DNA of 64,000 nucleotides from Myxococcales bacterium (GCA_022184915.1 JAGTJU010000008.1:81232-145231); one strand, 5' to 3'; shown: positions 37,068 to 47,670, numbered from the stretch's first letter. Numbers and translations are program-made. Notes: a model not told the origin generated them from the sequence alone.

Positions 37068-38954
37068 TCACCGACGCCGGCCGCGGCTTTGCGAGCCGTA
37101 GATCACGCTGGCGTAGCCCTCGGCGAACTCGGGGCCAAAGACCAGCGCGTTCAGCTCGTGGTCTGATTCCATCAGGGCCGCAAAGCGCTCCGTGTAGCGA
37201 CGCCAGCCCTCCTTATCGAGAATCGGCATGAAGCGCGGGCCCTTCTCGATGCCGCACTCCTGAGGATCGAGCGACGCCAGCAGGGCCCGAACGCCCCGGC
37301 TCACCCCCTCCATCATGGCCACCTGGTGCACGGCCAGGTCCGCGGTGAGGGCCCGCAGCTCCTGCGCGCGGGCCGTCGGATCGGCGCCGGACTCGGTCAT
37401 GTAAGCCATCAGCTCCGCACCGTCGCGGGCAGAATGAAGGGGGGTCGAGCCGCTCACGGTCCGCACCCCCAGCTCTGCCCCCGCTTCCTCCGCGCCGCGG
37501 CGAAGGTCCACGAAGGCGTCGCAGAAGGCCCGCAGGGCCGCATGCACCCGCAGATCGGCCTGCTGCCCCGTCGACATGGCCCGCGTGCTCCCCACCGCCG
37601 CATCCATCGAGGACGACGCCCCCGGTGCAGCCGCCGGGGCGGAAGACCCCGCAGAGACAAAGGCCGGCCCCGCGGGAGCGGGTGAAGGAACGAACACCGG
37701 AGCCCCTACCGGCGGTGCCAGTCCGGGCGCCCGCAGATCGGGAGCCGGGACCGTGGGCTCGGGATACCCGAAGCGTGGGGCCTCGGCCGGAGGGCCGGGC
37801 GATGCAAACGCTCCGGGCACGAAGCCCGACGCAGGCGCCATGCCGGGCAGCGGGCCTCCGGGGCGCAGCGACGGCCCCGCCGGAGCCGCAACCGGCGCGG
37901 GAGCCGCAGGCACGGACGTCGCAGGCGCCGGCTGCACAGGCTTGGCGATCGCCCCGGAGGCCACCCCGAACAACGTCGGCGGGCTCTGGCCCTTGAGGGC
38001 TCCCGAACGCAGCAGGGGAGAAGGGCCAGGGGGGGCCGCGGCCGGTCCGGGCGGCGCGACGGTCGCGGGCTCCGTGCCGAACAAAGAGGGGGGATTGGTT
38101 CGCTTGACGGCGCCGAGCTCAGCGGCCGGCGCGGGGTCGGACGCGGCCGGCTTTGGGCTTGGCACCCTCATGCCTGCGATCTCGGCGGGCGAAAGCCCAA
38201 AAAGCGTCGGGGGGTTGAACGAAGGCGCCCCCGAAGGCCCTGGCGGAGGTGGAGCCACCACCGGCGCCGGGGCGGGCGCAGCCGCCGGCGGCGCGGGCGA
38301 AGGCGAAGGCGCGGGCGGCGCGGGCGAAGGCGACCGAAACACGCCCGCGGACATCCCGAACAATGTGGGCGGGTTCAGGGCGGCAGCTGGCGGCTCTCGC
38401 GTGTCGCGCCGCTCCCGCAGATCCCCCGCCGCCGGGGGCGGCTGCCTGGCCGCGGGGGGCGCAGCAGCGCTCGCCGGCAAAGGTGGTTGCGGCCGATCGC
38501 CAAACAGCGTCGGCGGGTTGAACCGCGTCGGCGGGGCTTCCGTGACACCCAGGGCCATCTCACCGGCCACGGGGGCTTGTCCGCCCCCCCGGGCCGGCGG
38601 TGGGGTCTCTGGAAACGCGTCCGCCGTCCCGACGGGCCCTGAAAGTTCGGCCCCGAACACAGGCTCGATCAACATCGTCAGCGGGCCAATCTGAAACACC
38701 GTGGGCCCCTCCACACGCGCAGGGGTGCCCGGCGTGAGCTTGACGCCCTCGAGCATCGTGCCGTTGGTCGAGCCAAGATCCGTGTACTCGATCGTGTCCG
38801 CGTCGAAACGAATCGCCCCATGCCATTCCGAGACATAGGTCTCGGGCAAAGGCAAATCGTTCATGGCGTTGCGCCCGAGGCGCACGGGCGACGTCGAAAA
38901 GGCCTTTTGGAGCTCCGGATGGCCCGGGCGTTGAACGATGACGCGAACACTCAT
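37068..38954 (-). CDS. tagH: T6SS-associated FHA protein (TagH/Fha)
   Basis: Canonical N-terminal FHA (LGRN, SEWH, STNGT), a long Pro/Ala linker, and the C-terminal TagH-like region (DLAVHQVAMMEGV, FGPEFAEGY). Confidence 0.85.
   Translation of the reverse strand: MSVRVIVQRPGHPELQKAFSTSPVRLGRNAMNDLPLPETYVSEWHGAIRFDADTIEYTDLGSTNGTMLEGVKLTPGTPARVEGPTVFQIGPLTMLIEPVFGAELSGPVGTADAFPETPPPARGGGQAPVAGEMALGVTEAPPTRFNPPTLFGDRPQPPLPASAAAPPAARQPPPAAGDLRERRDTREPPAAALNPPTLFGMSAGVFRSPSPAPPAPSPSPAPPAAAPAPAPVVAPPPPGPSGAPSFNPPTLFGLSPAEIAGMRVPSPKPAASDPAPAAELGAVKRTNPPSLFGTEPATVAPPGPAAAPPGPSPLLRSGALKGQSPPTLFGVASGAIAKPVQPAPATSVPAAPAPVAAPAGPSLRPGGPLPGMAPASGFVPGAFASPGPPAEAPRFGYPEPTVPAPDLRAPGLAPPVGAPVFVPSPAPAGPAFVSAGSSAPAAAPGASSSMDAAVGSTRAMSTGQQADLRVHAALRAFCDAFVDLRRGAEEAGAELGVRTVSGSTPLHSARDGAELMAYMTESGADPTARAQELRALTADLAVHQVAMMEGVSRGVRALLASLDPQECGIEKGPRFMPILDKEGWRRYTERFAALMESDHELNALVFGPEFAEGYASVIYGSQSRGRRR
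37965..38519 (-). repeat. Five copies of a peptide motif [N/S]PP[T/S]LFG in the TagH linker
   Basis: Copies at 38499-38519, 38355-38375, 38196-38216, 38076-38096 and 37965-37985. Codons differ between copies but the peptide is conserved. Confidence 0.85.
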
Positions 38955-39180
38955 GAGTCCGAGAGCCGCGCGGGGTGACGAACGCGCGACGATTCACACG
39001 ATACGACACGAACGGCGCGCTCCCAAACCGATCGCCCCGCGCGCAGGCAGCAGGCGGGGCCTCCGTGCAACTCTGCAAGCCCGAGCACACTCGCTACGAA
39101 TGAGATGAGAGCCCCCGTTTGCGACAGGAGGAGTTTGACATTGCGCGGCTCGGACCCGCTCTGGCAGACTCACGCCGCCG

Positions 39181-39690
39181 ATGCTTGGGAAAGGTTTTGG
39201 ATTGTTCACGCTTGCGCTGGTGGCCGCGCAAAGTTTCGGGTGTGCCCACAAGCCGCCTCCGGCTCCGTGTACCGAAACGGAGCCCGTGCGGGTCGCCTTG
39301 AAGGCGCGACAAACTCTCAACCCTGACGAAAGCGGCCAGTCCTTTCCCACGATCGTGAGGGTCTATCTTCTCAAAAACCCCAGCACCCTCGAAGTGGCGG
39401 GCGCTGATGAGGTGCTGCGCCACGATCGCGACGTGCTGGCAAGCGATCTGCTCGACGTTCAAGAAATCACGGTGCGTCCGGGCGCCACCGAGACGCTGAC
39501 GTTCAAGCGGCCCGATCTCGCGAGCGCCGTTGCCGTGGTGGGCCTGTTCCGCGCCCCCGTCGGCAACACGTGGCGCTTACTTACGCCCCTACCGGCCGCC
39601 AACGCCGACCATTGTCACGAGCCGGCTGAAGCCGCCCGACCTCACGTCACGGCCGTTCTCGAAGAGAGCCGCATCAGCACGGGTCCCTGA
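39181..39690 (+). CDS. tssJ: T6SS lipoprotein TssJ
   Basis: Lipobox SFGC, LNPDESG..PTIVRVYLLK and VAVVGLFR; first gene of the tssJKLM run. Confidence 0.9.
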   Translation: MLGKGFGLFTLALVAAQSFGCAHKPPPAPCTETEPVRVALKARQTLNPDESGQSFPTIVRVYLLKNPSTLEVAGADEVLRHDRDVLASDLLDVQEITVRPGATETLTFKRPDLASAVAVVGLFRAPVGNTWRLLTPLPAANADHCHEPAEAARPHVTAVLEESRISTGP

Positions 39691-39761
39691 CCGCCGCCCC
39701 CACCCTGGTTCCCCATGACCCGCACATTCGCCCGCCAACGCCCCCCAAGCAAGGAGCTCCC

Positions 39762-41147
39762 GTGAAGGAGGAGGTTCGCCGCGTCGCCTGGACGGAGGGG
39801 ATGCTCATGTGTCCCCAGCACTTGCAGCAGCAAGATCTCTACCACCAGCGCATGCTCTCGAGCTGGTTCGGAGCGCTCTCGCCGTACAGCTGGGGCGCCG
39901 TGTCCGTGCGCATCGACCCTGGTGCCCTCGGCTCGGGTGAACTGAGGCTGCTGTCATTTACGGGCGTGTTGCCTGACGGCACACCGCTGTCCTTCCGCCA
40001 GGGCGACCGCGAAGCGCCCGCGGCACGGCCCATCGAGGGGCATTTTCCAGCCGGCCAGCAGGAGCCGCTCGAGATCTTCCTGGGCCTGCCCGTCGAACGC
40101 GAGGGGGTGCCGAGCTTCGAGGAAGCAGCGGACGCCCGCGCTCAATTCCCGCCGCGCACCCGCTTTGCCATGGAGACCCGCATGGTGAGGGATCTCGCGT
40201 CGGCGGGCCGACCGGTCGAGATCACCTTCGGCACGCCCAACGTCGTCGTGTTGTTCGGCAACGAGCCCCGCGACGATTTCAGCGCCATCAAGGTGGCCGA
40301 GGTCACCCGGGACGCGCAAGGAGCGCTCGTCCTGGTCGACACGTACATCCCCCCGTCTTTGCGCATCGACGCCGCGCCCTTCATCACCACGAACCTCAGC
40401 CAGGTGCTCGGGGTCCTCACGGGCAAACAAAAGGCGCTGTCGTCGCAGCGTCGCGAGCGCGACAACTCGAGCGTCGAGTTCTCGGGCAGCGACGTCACAC
40501 GCTACCTGCAACTCAACGCCGTCAACGGCCTGATCCCGCTCTTCGTGCACATGGGGCGCAGCCCCGACCTACACCCCCATCAGCTTTACCTGTTGCTCAT
40601 CCAGGTGGCCGGGCAGCTCACCACCTTTTCGGCAGGCACGGATCCAGCGCAGCTCCCGGCCTTCAACTTCACCGACCTGCGCAGCACCTTCGAGGAGCTG
40701 TTCGCGGTGATCAAGTCGATGCTCCAGAGCACCGTGCGGGAAGCCCACGTCCCCATTCCGCTGCAGATCAAGCATGGTGTGCATTTTGGCCGCTTCGACA
40801 GCGAGCCCGCCCAGCGCTGCCGGGCCTTCGTGGTGGCCGTGAGAGCGGATGGCGTGCCCGAAGATCAGGTTGCCGAGCGGCTCGCAGGGCTTTCGAAGAT
40901 CGCGTCATGGAACCAGATTCAGTCGGTGGTCCGCGCCGCCACGCCGGGCGTGCCCCTCAAGCTCACACACCGTCCTCCGCCCGAAGTGCCGATCAAGTCG
41001 GGCGTGGTGTACTTCGTGGTCGACACCGACAGCAGCCACTGGAAACACGTGATGGACGAAAAGGCCATCGCGATCTATCTACCGCCGCCGTTCGACGCCA
41101 CCAAAGTCAAGGTCGAACTGCTCGGCATTCCCCCTCGCAAGGAGTGA
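39762..41147 (+). CDS. tssK: T6SS baseplate subunit TssK
   Basis: VAWTEGMLMCPQHLQQQD and YSWG N-terminal signature. Confidence 0.95.
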   Translation: MKEEVRRVAWTEGMLMCPQHLQQQDLYHQRMLSSWFGALSPYSWGAVSVRIDPGALGSGELRLLSFTGVLPDGTPLSFRQGDREAPAARPIEGHFPAGQQEPLEIFLGLPVEREGVPSFEEAADARAQFPPRTRFAMETRMVRDLASAGRPVEITFGTPNVVVLFGNEPRDDFSAIKVAEVTRDAQGALVLVDTYIPPSLRIDAAPFITTNLSQVLGVLTGKQKALSSQRRERDNSSVEFSGSDVTRYLQLNAVNGLIPLFVHMGRSPDLHPHQLYLLLIQVAGQLTTFSAGTDPAQLPAFNFTDLRSTFEELFAVIKSMLQSTVREAHVPIPLQIKHGVHFGRFDSEPAQRCRAFVVAVRADGVPEDQVAERLAGLSKIASWNQIQSVVRAATPGVPLKLTHRPPPEVPIKSGVVYFVVDTDSSHWKHVMDEKAIAIYLPPPFDATKVKVELLGIPPRKE

Positions 41148-41183
41148 GCGCGCGAACCTCACGTTCGTTGCGCATGTGACGTC

Positions 41184-41843
41184 ATGGACAGGCTCAACGA
41201 AATCACCAAGGACAGCTTCGCCGCCATCGAACAGCTGCGAGCGCTCGCGGGCCCTGTGTCGCCAGACACCCTGCAGCGACGAATCATCGATTACGTCGAG
41301 AAGCTGCGCACGTCAGCGCGCGAATCGGGACTGTCCGAGCGGGACGCCAACGACATCGCCTATGCCATCGTGGCCCTCGTCGACGAGGTGGCCCTGTCGA
41401 AGCCCGATCCCCTCCGGGGCTATTGGCTATCGCGCCCGCTGCAGATGTACTTCTTCAATGAGAACATCGCCGGCGAAGGCTTCTTCCGCCGGCTCGACGC
41501 ACTCCGCGGTCAGCCCCAGCGCCGTGACGCCCTCCGGGCCTACTATCTCTGCCTCACGCTGGGGTTTCAGGGCCAGTACGCGATGCGCGGCGGCGACATG
41601 GAGCTCATGCGGCTCCTCGAGTCCCTGCGGGACGAAATGGAACGCGCCTTCGAGTTCCCTCAGGCCCTGTCGCCCGAAGCGCTTCCTCCGGAAGAACCGT
41701 CGACCCGGCGCCGCGACAAGCGCCTGTTCATGTGGGTGGGTCTCGGCGCCCTCCTGGTTTCGATGTCCGTCTACGTCGGTCTCCGTGTGGTGCTCGACGG
41801 GCAGGTCAAACGCACGATGACGGAGGTCGAGGCGCTCCGTTGA
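41184..41843 (+). CDS. tssL: T6SS membrane subunit TssL (DotU family), no OmpA-like domain
   Basis: YAIVALVDE, PLQMYFF..AGEGFF and CLTLGFQGQY, ending shortly after a single TM helix. Confidence 0.92.
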   Translation: MDRLNEITKDSFAAIEQLRALAGPVSPDTLQRRIIDYVEKLRTSARESGLSERDANDIAYAIVALVDEVALSKPDPLRGYWLSRPLQMYFFNENIAGEGFFRRLDALRGQPQRRDALRAYYLCLTLGFQGQYAMRGGDMELMRLLESLRDEMERAFEFPQALSPEALPPEEPSTRRRDKRLFMWVGLGALLVSMSVYVGLRVVLDGQVKRTMTEVEALR

Positions 41844-41877
41844 CTCGCGCGCCCGGCATGATCCTCGGAATGATCCG

Positions 41878-44800
41878 ATGTTGAAGTACATTTTTGGTTT
41901 CCTGTTCATCGCCCTGTCCTGGGCGGCGGTCTTCGTGTTCGAGGAGCTGCCCGCGTGGCCCGCGATCGCCGTCACGGTCACCGTGACCCTCGCCCTCGTC
42001 CTCGTGGTGCTCGTCAAGGCACTCAAGGCCCGCAAGTCTGCGGGCGCCATCGAGGCGGCTCTCGCCGACGGTGCCGACAAACACGGCTCCACCATGCGCC
42101 CCGAGATGCAAGCGCAGATCGAGGCGATGAAGCTCGAGTTCGACAAGGCGCTCCGTACGCTCAAATCGTCGCGCTCGGGCAAACACGGGAAAAACGCGCT
42201 CGGCATCCTGCCCTGGTACGTGATCATTGGCCCGCCCGGCAGCGGCAAGAGCACGGTGCTGCGCAACTCCGGCCTGCGTTTTCCTTACCTTTCTGCCAAA
42301 AAAGGCGCCATTCGCGGGGTGGGCGGTACCCGCAACTGCGACTGGTGGCTGTCGAACGACGCCATCCTGCTCGACACGGCGGGACGCTGGTCGACGGAGG
42401 ACGAAGACACCGACGAGTGGCTGGCGTTCCTCGACATGCTCAAGCGCACGCGCAAGCGCCGCGCCATCAACGGCCTCATCGTGGCCGTCAGCGCCGCCGA
42501 CCTGCTCACGGGCGACGAGGATGCCGTGGGCGACCTGGCTTCGCGTCTGCGCGAGCGTTGCGACGAGGTCATGGGACGCCTCGAGGTGGCCGTGCCCGTC
42601 TACCTCATCGTCACCAAATGCGACCTCGTCTCGGGCTTCGCAGAAACCTTCGGCAATCTGGGTGACAAAGAGCGCGGCCAGATCTGGGGCTTCACCCTGC
42701 CCCTCGAAGCCTCGGCAGAGGAGCGCACCGACGTCTTCATCGACAAGCTCGACGAGCTGCTCGACGTGCTCGAGTGGCACACGCTGCAGCGGCTCGGCCA
42801 GGAGCGGCGTCTCGAGACGCGGGAACAGATCCATCACTTTCCGTTCGAGTTCGAGGAGCTCTGTCCGAACCTGGTGGGCCTCGTCAAGGAGCTCTTCGCC
42901 CCGAACGCGTATCAAGAAACGCCGCTCTTGCGCGGCCTCTACTTCACGAGCGGCACCCAGGAGGGGCGGCCCGTCGATCGCATCATGAAGCGCATGGCCG
43001 AGGCCTTCGGGATCGCGCCCCGCATGACGATCGACGCCCCGGTCAAGGCCAAGGCCTACTTCCTCACCGACGTCTTCCGCAGGGTCATGTTCCCCGATCA
43101 GAACATGGCGGGGCTGTCAGCCAAGGCCGTCAAACGCCGGCGCGTCGTCAGCACGGCCATCGCGGGAACCTGCCTGCTCGCAGCCCTGGGGCTCGCCATG
43201 ACCCCCATCTCCGCCTATAGCCGCAACCTGGGTCTCGCCAACGACGTCAAGCGCTTCACGGCCGGACTCGCTGAGGCCCGGGACGCCAACGGCAACATCG
43301 ATCCGCGCAAGCTGGAGCCTCTCGCGGAAACCGCCGAAGAGCTGTGGAAGCTCGAGACGGAGGGCCCCGCCGCCAGCATGACCTTCGGCTTTTACTCGGG
43401 CGACGATCTCCGCGAACCTCTGGCGCGCGCCCTTCGCGATCTCACGGTGGCCCCGCTGCTTGCTGCCGACGCGGCGGCGCTCAAGACTTTCGCCACCACC
43501 CGCAAGGGCGGCGTGGACGACAGCCGCGAGCGCCTCACCCGCTACCTCATCAGCACCGCCCCGCGCGCCCCCGAAGAGCCCGCCGTGGACGACGACGGCT
43601 GGGCGGAGGCGCAGCTCGCCCGCGCACGGAAGAGCCTGGTCGAGGACTGGAAGCAGCGCTGGGCCACGGCAGGGATCGCCGTCAGCGAAAAAGCCGAAGC
43701 CACCCTGAGCCACGCCATCGACCTTTACGCCCTGCCCGCTCGGGACAACGCCGCCTTGTGGGTCGAGCGTGACGCCGAGACCGTCGAGCGCGCCCGGGCC
43801 ACGCTGCGGAGCCTGGCGGAACAGGATCCCCTCGCGCTCGTCCTGTCAGACCCCAACTTGGACGCGAGCGATCTGTCACTCGGCCGGATTTTGGGCGGCG
43901 CGATCGTGCTTTTCCGTGAAGATGCCAAGCAGCCCGGAGCCTTCACGAAGGGCGGCTACGACCTGGTGCGCGCGCGGATCTCCTCCCTGGAAAAGGGTGA
44001 GCCCACCGTGGGTGGGGCCGAGGACATCTGGGTCATGGGCCCGCGCAAAACCCTCACCCCCGAGGAGGTCGACAACCTGCGCACGCGCTACTTCGCCGAA
44101 TACGAAAAGGCCTGGCGCGGTCTGCTCGCGCAAGTCTATCCCCGCGGCCCGACCGACCTCTCGGATGCTGAGAGCCTGCTTCGTCGCCACCAAGACGAGC
44201 GCCCTCTCGATGTCATCTGGAAGAGCCTGGCAGCCAACCTCGAACTCAAGTCGAAGGCCGATGCCCTCGTCGAGCAGGCCGCCGCGGGCACCATGGACAA
44301 GCTCCTAAACAAGTTGGGCTCGAGGAAAGAGGCCGCCGCGGCCGCCGCCCAGCGCGAAAAGAAGATCACCGGCCCTGACGCACTCAAGGCCCGCTTCGAT
44401 TCGATCTTGGCCTTCGGCATCCCCCGGACGGAGGGCGCCGAACCCGCGCTGGCCGCGTACTACAAGCAGCTGGGGGTCCTCTCCCAAGCCTTGACCGCCT
44501 ACGAGGAGACGCAGGACACCAACGCCATCCGTAAGCAGGTCGCGCAGGCCAAAAAAGACGCCTCCGAGCTGGTGATGACCTTCGGCCGGGGCGGCTGGGA
44601 GCCCGTCCTCAACAAAATGCTCATGCCCCTCATCGTGGGCGTGGAGGAGCTGGTGATCGGCGCGGGCGCCGAAGCCGCCAACCGCTCCTGGTGCGATGCG
44701 GTCGTCACCCCCTATCGCGAGCTCCTGGCCGATCGTTACCCCTTCCGGCTCGAAGGCATGGACGCCGCCCTGTCGGAGGTGGAGAACTTCTTCGCCCCCA

Positions 44801-45390
44801 AGACCGGCACGCTCTGGGTCTACTACGACGAAAAACTCCAAAACGATGTCGAGACCGTGGGCAAGCGGTACCGCCTCAAGAGCAAGCCCACCGTGCAGTA
44901 CCGCAACGAACTGCTCGGCTTCCTGACCAAAGCGGCTCACCTGTCGGAGCTGCTCTTTCCGAACGGTGCCGACAAGCTCGCGCCGGCGCTGCAAGTCCGG
45001 CTCAAGTCCGCCGCCGGCGAAGCCGGCACGTCCGCACGGGTCACCTTCAAGGTGGGCACGGGACGCCCGCTCGAATACGGCAACTGGCAGGAGCGGTGGG
45101 AGCCGCTCGTGTGGCCCGGCGCCGACGCCAAGATCGGCATCTTCGGCGAGGTGAAGGGCCTTCCCAAAGAGCTGAAGGAGAACGGGGATTGGGCGCTGTT
45201 CCGTCTGTTCGACAAAGCGCTCCGCTCGTTGGGGCGGGACTCGGACGAATACATGCGCGCGCAGTGGGCGCTCGGTAACCCCCAGATGACCGTGCGCATG
45301 GACGTCAAACCCTCTGATCTCCTCGATGCCCTGCACGGTTTCGAGATCCCGCGCACCATCGCCCCCGGCGGGAGCCCCTGCGCCCAATGA
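41878..45390 (+). CDS. tssM: T6SS membrane subunit TssM (IcmF)
   Basis: N-terminal TMs, LPWYVIIGPPGSGKST, CDWW, LDTAGR, PVYLIVTKCDL, LRGLYFTSGTQ and GDWALFRL. Confidence 0.97.
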   Translation: MLKYIFGFLFIALSWAAVFVFEELPAWPAIAVTVTVTLALVLVVLVKALKARKSAGAIEAALADGADKHGSTMRPEMQAQIEAMKLEFDKALRTLKSSRSGKHGKNALGILPWYVIIGPPGSGKSTVLRNSGLRFPYLSAKKGAIRGVGGTRNCDWWLSNDAILLDTAGRWSTEDEDTDEWLAFLDMLKRTRKRRAINGLIVAVSAADLLTGDEDAVGDLASRLRERCDEVMGRLEVAVPVYLIVTKCDLVSGFAETFGNLGDKERGQIWGFTLPLEASAEERTDVFIDKLDELLDVLEWHTLQRLGQERRLETREQIHHFPFEFEELCPNLVGLVKELFAPNAYQETPLLRGLYFTSGTQEGRPVDRIMKRMAEAFGIAPRMTIDAPVKAKAYFLTDVFRRVMFPDQNMAGLSAKAVKRRRVVSTAIAGTCLLAALGLAMTPISAYSRNLGLANDVKRFTAGLAEARDANGNIDPRKLEPLAETAEELWKLETEGPAASMTFGFYSGDDLREPLARALRDLTVAPLLAADAAALKTFATTRKGGVDDSRERLTRYLISTAPRAPEEPAVDDDGWAEAQLARARKSLVEDWKQRWATAGIAVSEKAEATLSHAIDLYALPARDNAALWVERDAETVERARATLRSLAEQDPLALVLSDPNLDASDLSLGRILGGAIVLFREDAKQPGAFTKGGYDLVRARISSLEKGEPTVGGAEDIWVMGPRKTLTPEEVDNLRTRYFAEYEKAWRGLLAQVYPRGPTDLSDAESLLRRHQDERPLDVIWKSLAANLELKSKADALVEQAAAGTMDKLLNKLGSRKEAAAAAAQREKKITGPDALKARFDSILAFGIPRTEGAEPALAAYYKQLGVLSQALTAYEETQDTNAIRKQVAQAKKDASELVMTFGRGGWEPVLNKMLMPLIVGVEELVIGAGAEAANRSWCDAVVTPYRELLADRYPFRLEGMDAALSEVENFFAPKTGTLWVYYDEKLQNDVETVGKRYRLKSKPTVQYRNELLGFLTKAAHLSELLFPNGADKLAPALQVRLKSAAGEAGTSARVTFKVGTGRPLEYGNWQERWEPLVWPGADAKIGIFGEVKGLPKELKENGDWALFRLFDKALRSLGRDSDEYMRAQWALGNPQMTVRMDVKPSDLLDALHGFEIPRTIAPGGSPCAQ

Positions 45391-46388
45391 GTCTCCGCAA
45401 GCTCCTGGGCCTCGAGGGCCCTGCCAAATCCCCACTGGCGGCAACCGCCACGGGCGGCGTGCCGCGCCTTCTTCCCCAGGGCGTGGGCGTGGGGCTCTAT
45501 GGCAAGCTCCCCACCCAGGCCGATTTCGTCCGGCTGAACGCAGGCACGTTCGCAACAGCCGGATTCGACCAGTGGCTCGAGGAAGGGGTGGGGGCCGTGC
45601 ATGCGGCACGCGGAACACCCTCGAAGGCGCTGGTGGCGTTCTTCGCACACAGCCCGCTCATCGGGAGCCCCTGCATCGGCATGCTGGGCCCAAGCCGCGA
45701 CAAAGTCGGGCGTGCGTTCCCGGCCGCCCTCTTCACCTACCTCGACCCCGCGCTGGCAGGCCTGCACGCCTTCGCGGGGAGCGCGGCCGGCGCCTTCCTG
45801 TTTCAGGCCCAGGCTGTCGTGGCGGCAATGCCCGAGGCCACGGCGGCTCCCGACCTGTCCGAGTTAGCCCCTCCGACGGGCGCCGATCAGGCCCGCGCCG
45901 CAGAGGATGCCGCGGGCGCCCTGGCGGCGAGCCCGTTGGGCGACTTTCTCGACGGTCTTTTCGGCGGCACCACGCCTGACGTTCACGCGCACGCCCTGGC
46001 CACGTGTCTGGCCGCCTGCGGAACGGCCAAAGGCCGGTGCCCCGACAAAACGGCCGTCACGCTCGAACTGCCCGCGGCCGACGATCGGGCCCGCGACTTT
46101 TGGCTGGCCTTCCTGGCCACGGCCCTGCAGTGGCCCACCGGCGCGCCGACCTGGCTGTGGGACGACCGGGCCGACCGGCTCTTGGTGGCGCTCGGCCCCC
46201 CCGCGCCCTCCCTCTTCGTGGCCTTGGCCATGCCCGATTGGGTCGGCGCCCGGCACTGGGTGATTCGGTCTCAGCTGCCAGATACCTCGCCGCCCACCTC
46301 CCTGCCCCCGGCCCTCGAAGGCGTGGTCATGACGGGCGGGGGCACGGTGGCGGATCTCCTCGAGGCCACGCGAAACGGGCTGGGGTGA
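45387..46388 (+). CDS. tagF: T6SS-associated protein TagF
   Basis: GLYGKLPTQADFV and SRDKVGRAFP. ATGA overlap with tssM. Confidence 0.85.
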   Translation: MSLRKLLGLEGPAKSPLAATATGGVPRLLPQGVGVGLYGKLPTQADFVRLNAGTFATAGFDQWLEEGVGAVHAARGTPSKALVAFFAHSPLIGSPCIGMLGPSRDKVGRAFPAALFTYLDPALAGLHAFAGSAAGAFLFQAQAVVAAMPEATAAPDLSELAPPTGADQARAAEDAAGALAASPLGDFLDGLFGGTTPDVHAHALATCLAACGTAKGRCPDKTAVTLELPAADDRARDFWLAFLATALQWPTGAPTWLWDDRADRLLVALGPPAPSLFVALAMPDWVGARHWVIRSQLPDTSPPTSLPPALEGVVMTGGGTVADLLEATRNGLG

Positions 46389-46617
46389 GCCTTGCCCCCG
46401 TGGGCCTCGCCGCCCGACGCGTCGCGGGCTTGGCTTGACAGGAATGCCACGTTGCGGCCTAATTCGCCTCCGCGATCGAAGGCAAGGCAAACGGCAATGG
46501 GCAAAGAACACGGGTTCGCTTCGTCAGGCACGGCCATGGCCGTAACGGGCCGTGACGCCCACATTTCACTTTCGCTCCCTGGGTTTGGGGTGTCTGATAG
46601 CGGCGGGGTTTGAGGAC

Positions 46618-47670
46618 GTGGCAGCCATCGACATCGACGCTTTGCTTTCCGAGATCAGCGCGGACGATCCGTGTGGTCCGGACCTGGAATACGACAGCGA
46701 GCTGCGCGAGCTCGAACAGTCGGCACAGGGCAAGCCCGAGCAGCAAATGGGCGACACCATCGTTGCCGCCCAAGAGCCCGATTGGCGCGAGGTCCGCAAG
46801 CGGGCCGAGTCACTGTTCTCGCGGACCAAGGACCTCCGGGTCACGAGCCATCTCGTGCGGGCGCTTCTGCACACCGCCGGCTTCGAGGGTCTTTGCGACG
46901 GACTTGCCTTGTCGAGGGGCCTCATAGAACGTTACTGGGAGCCCCTCCACCCCCGGCTCGACCCTGACGACGACAACGACCCCACCCTCCGGGTGAATCT
47001 GGTGATGAGTCTTTGCGATCAAGAAGACTTCCTCATCCACGTCCGCAACACCCCGATCGTCAGCGCCCCGGCGCTCGGACGCTTCAGCCTACGCGAGTTG
47101 GCCATTGCCTCCGGCGAAGTGCCCGCACCTGCAGGCGAGGATCCGCCTTCGATGTCCACGATCGAGGGGGCCTTCCTCGAGGCCGATCTCGAAACTCTCA
47201 CCCAAACGTCCCAGAACCTCGCAGCCAGCCTCGAGCACCTGCGGGAGATCGAGGCGAAGCTCACCGACCACGTCGGCTCGGCGAACGCACCCAACCTGGA
47301 CCCCTTGCGGCGCCTCGTCTACCAGGCCTCGAAGGTGGTGAAGGACAAGCTCGCCGCACGGAACGCGGGCGCCACGCCCTCCGAAGGCACCGCACCTGGC
47401 GAAGATGTCTCGGGGGGGGGCTCGGGCCCGGCGCAGCCAGGGGCACGTGCCCTGTCGGGTGACATCCGCGCGCGTGAAGACGTGCTGCGCGCGCTCGATA
47501 AGATTATCGAGTACTACGCCCGCCACGAGCCCTCGAGCCCTGTCCCCATCCTGGTTCGCCGCTGCAAACGGCTCGTCACCGCCAGCTTCGAGGACATCGT
47601 CAAAAATCTATTGCCCGACGGCGTCTCACAACTCGAGGTCATCAAGGGCCCTTCAGAAGAGATGAGCTGA
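46618..47670 (+). CDS. tssA: T6SS protein TssA (ImpA family)
   Basis: ImpA_N (PCGPDLEYD, PDWREV, TKDLRV, YWEPLHPRLD) and C-terminal YYARHEPSSPVP. GTG start at 46618 inferred. Confidence 0.93.
   Translation: MAAIDIDALLSEISADDPCGPDLEYDSELRELEQSAQGKPEQQMGDTIVAAQEPDWREVRKRAESLFSRTKDLRVTSHLVRALLHTAGFEGLCDGLALSRGLIERYWEPLHPRLDPDDDNDPTLRVNLVMSLCDQEDFLIHVRNTPIVSAPALGRFSLRELAIASGEVPAPAGEDPPSMSTIEGAFLEADLETLTQTSQNLAASLEHLREIEAKLTDHVGSANAPNLDPLRRLVYQASKVVKDKLAARNAGATPSEGTAPGEDVSGGGSGPAQPGARALSGDIRAREDVLRALDKIIEYYARHEPSSPVPILVRRCKRLVTASFEDIVKNLLPDGVSQLEVIKGPSEEMS

Noticed and set aside
39135-39165. TTGACA upstream of tssJ as a sigma70 promoter
   Set aside because: No plausible -10 element 16-18 nt downstream (GCTCTG).
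46435-46465. TTGACA..CCTAAT in the tagF-tssA gap as an internal promoter
   Set aside because: The -10 match and spacing are weak. An internal promoter is possible in this 229-nt gap but cannot be supported from sequence alone.
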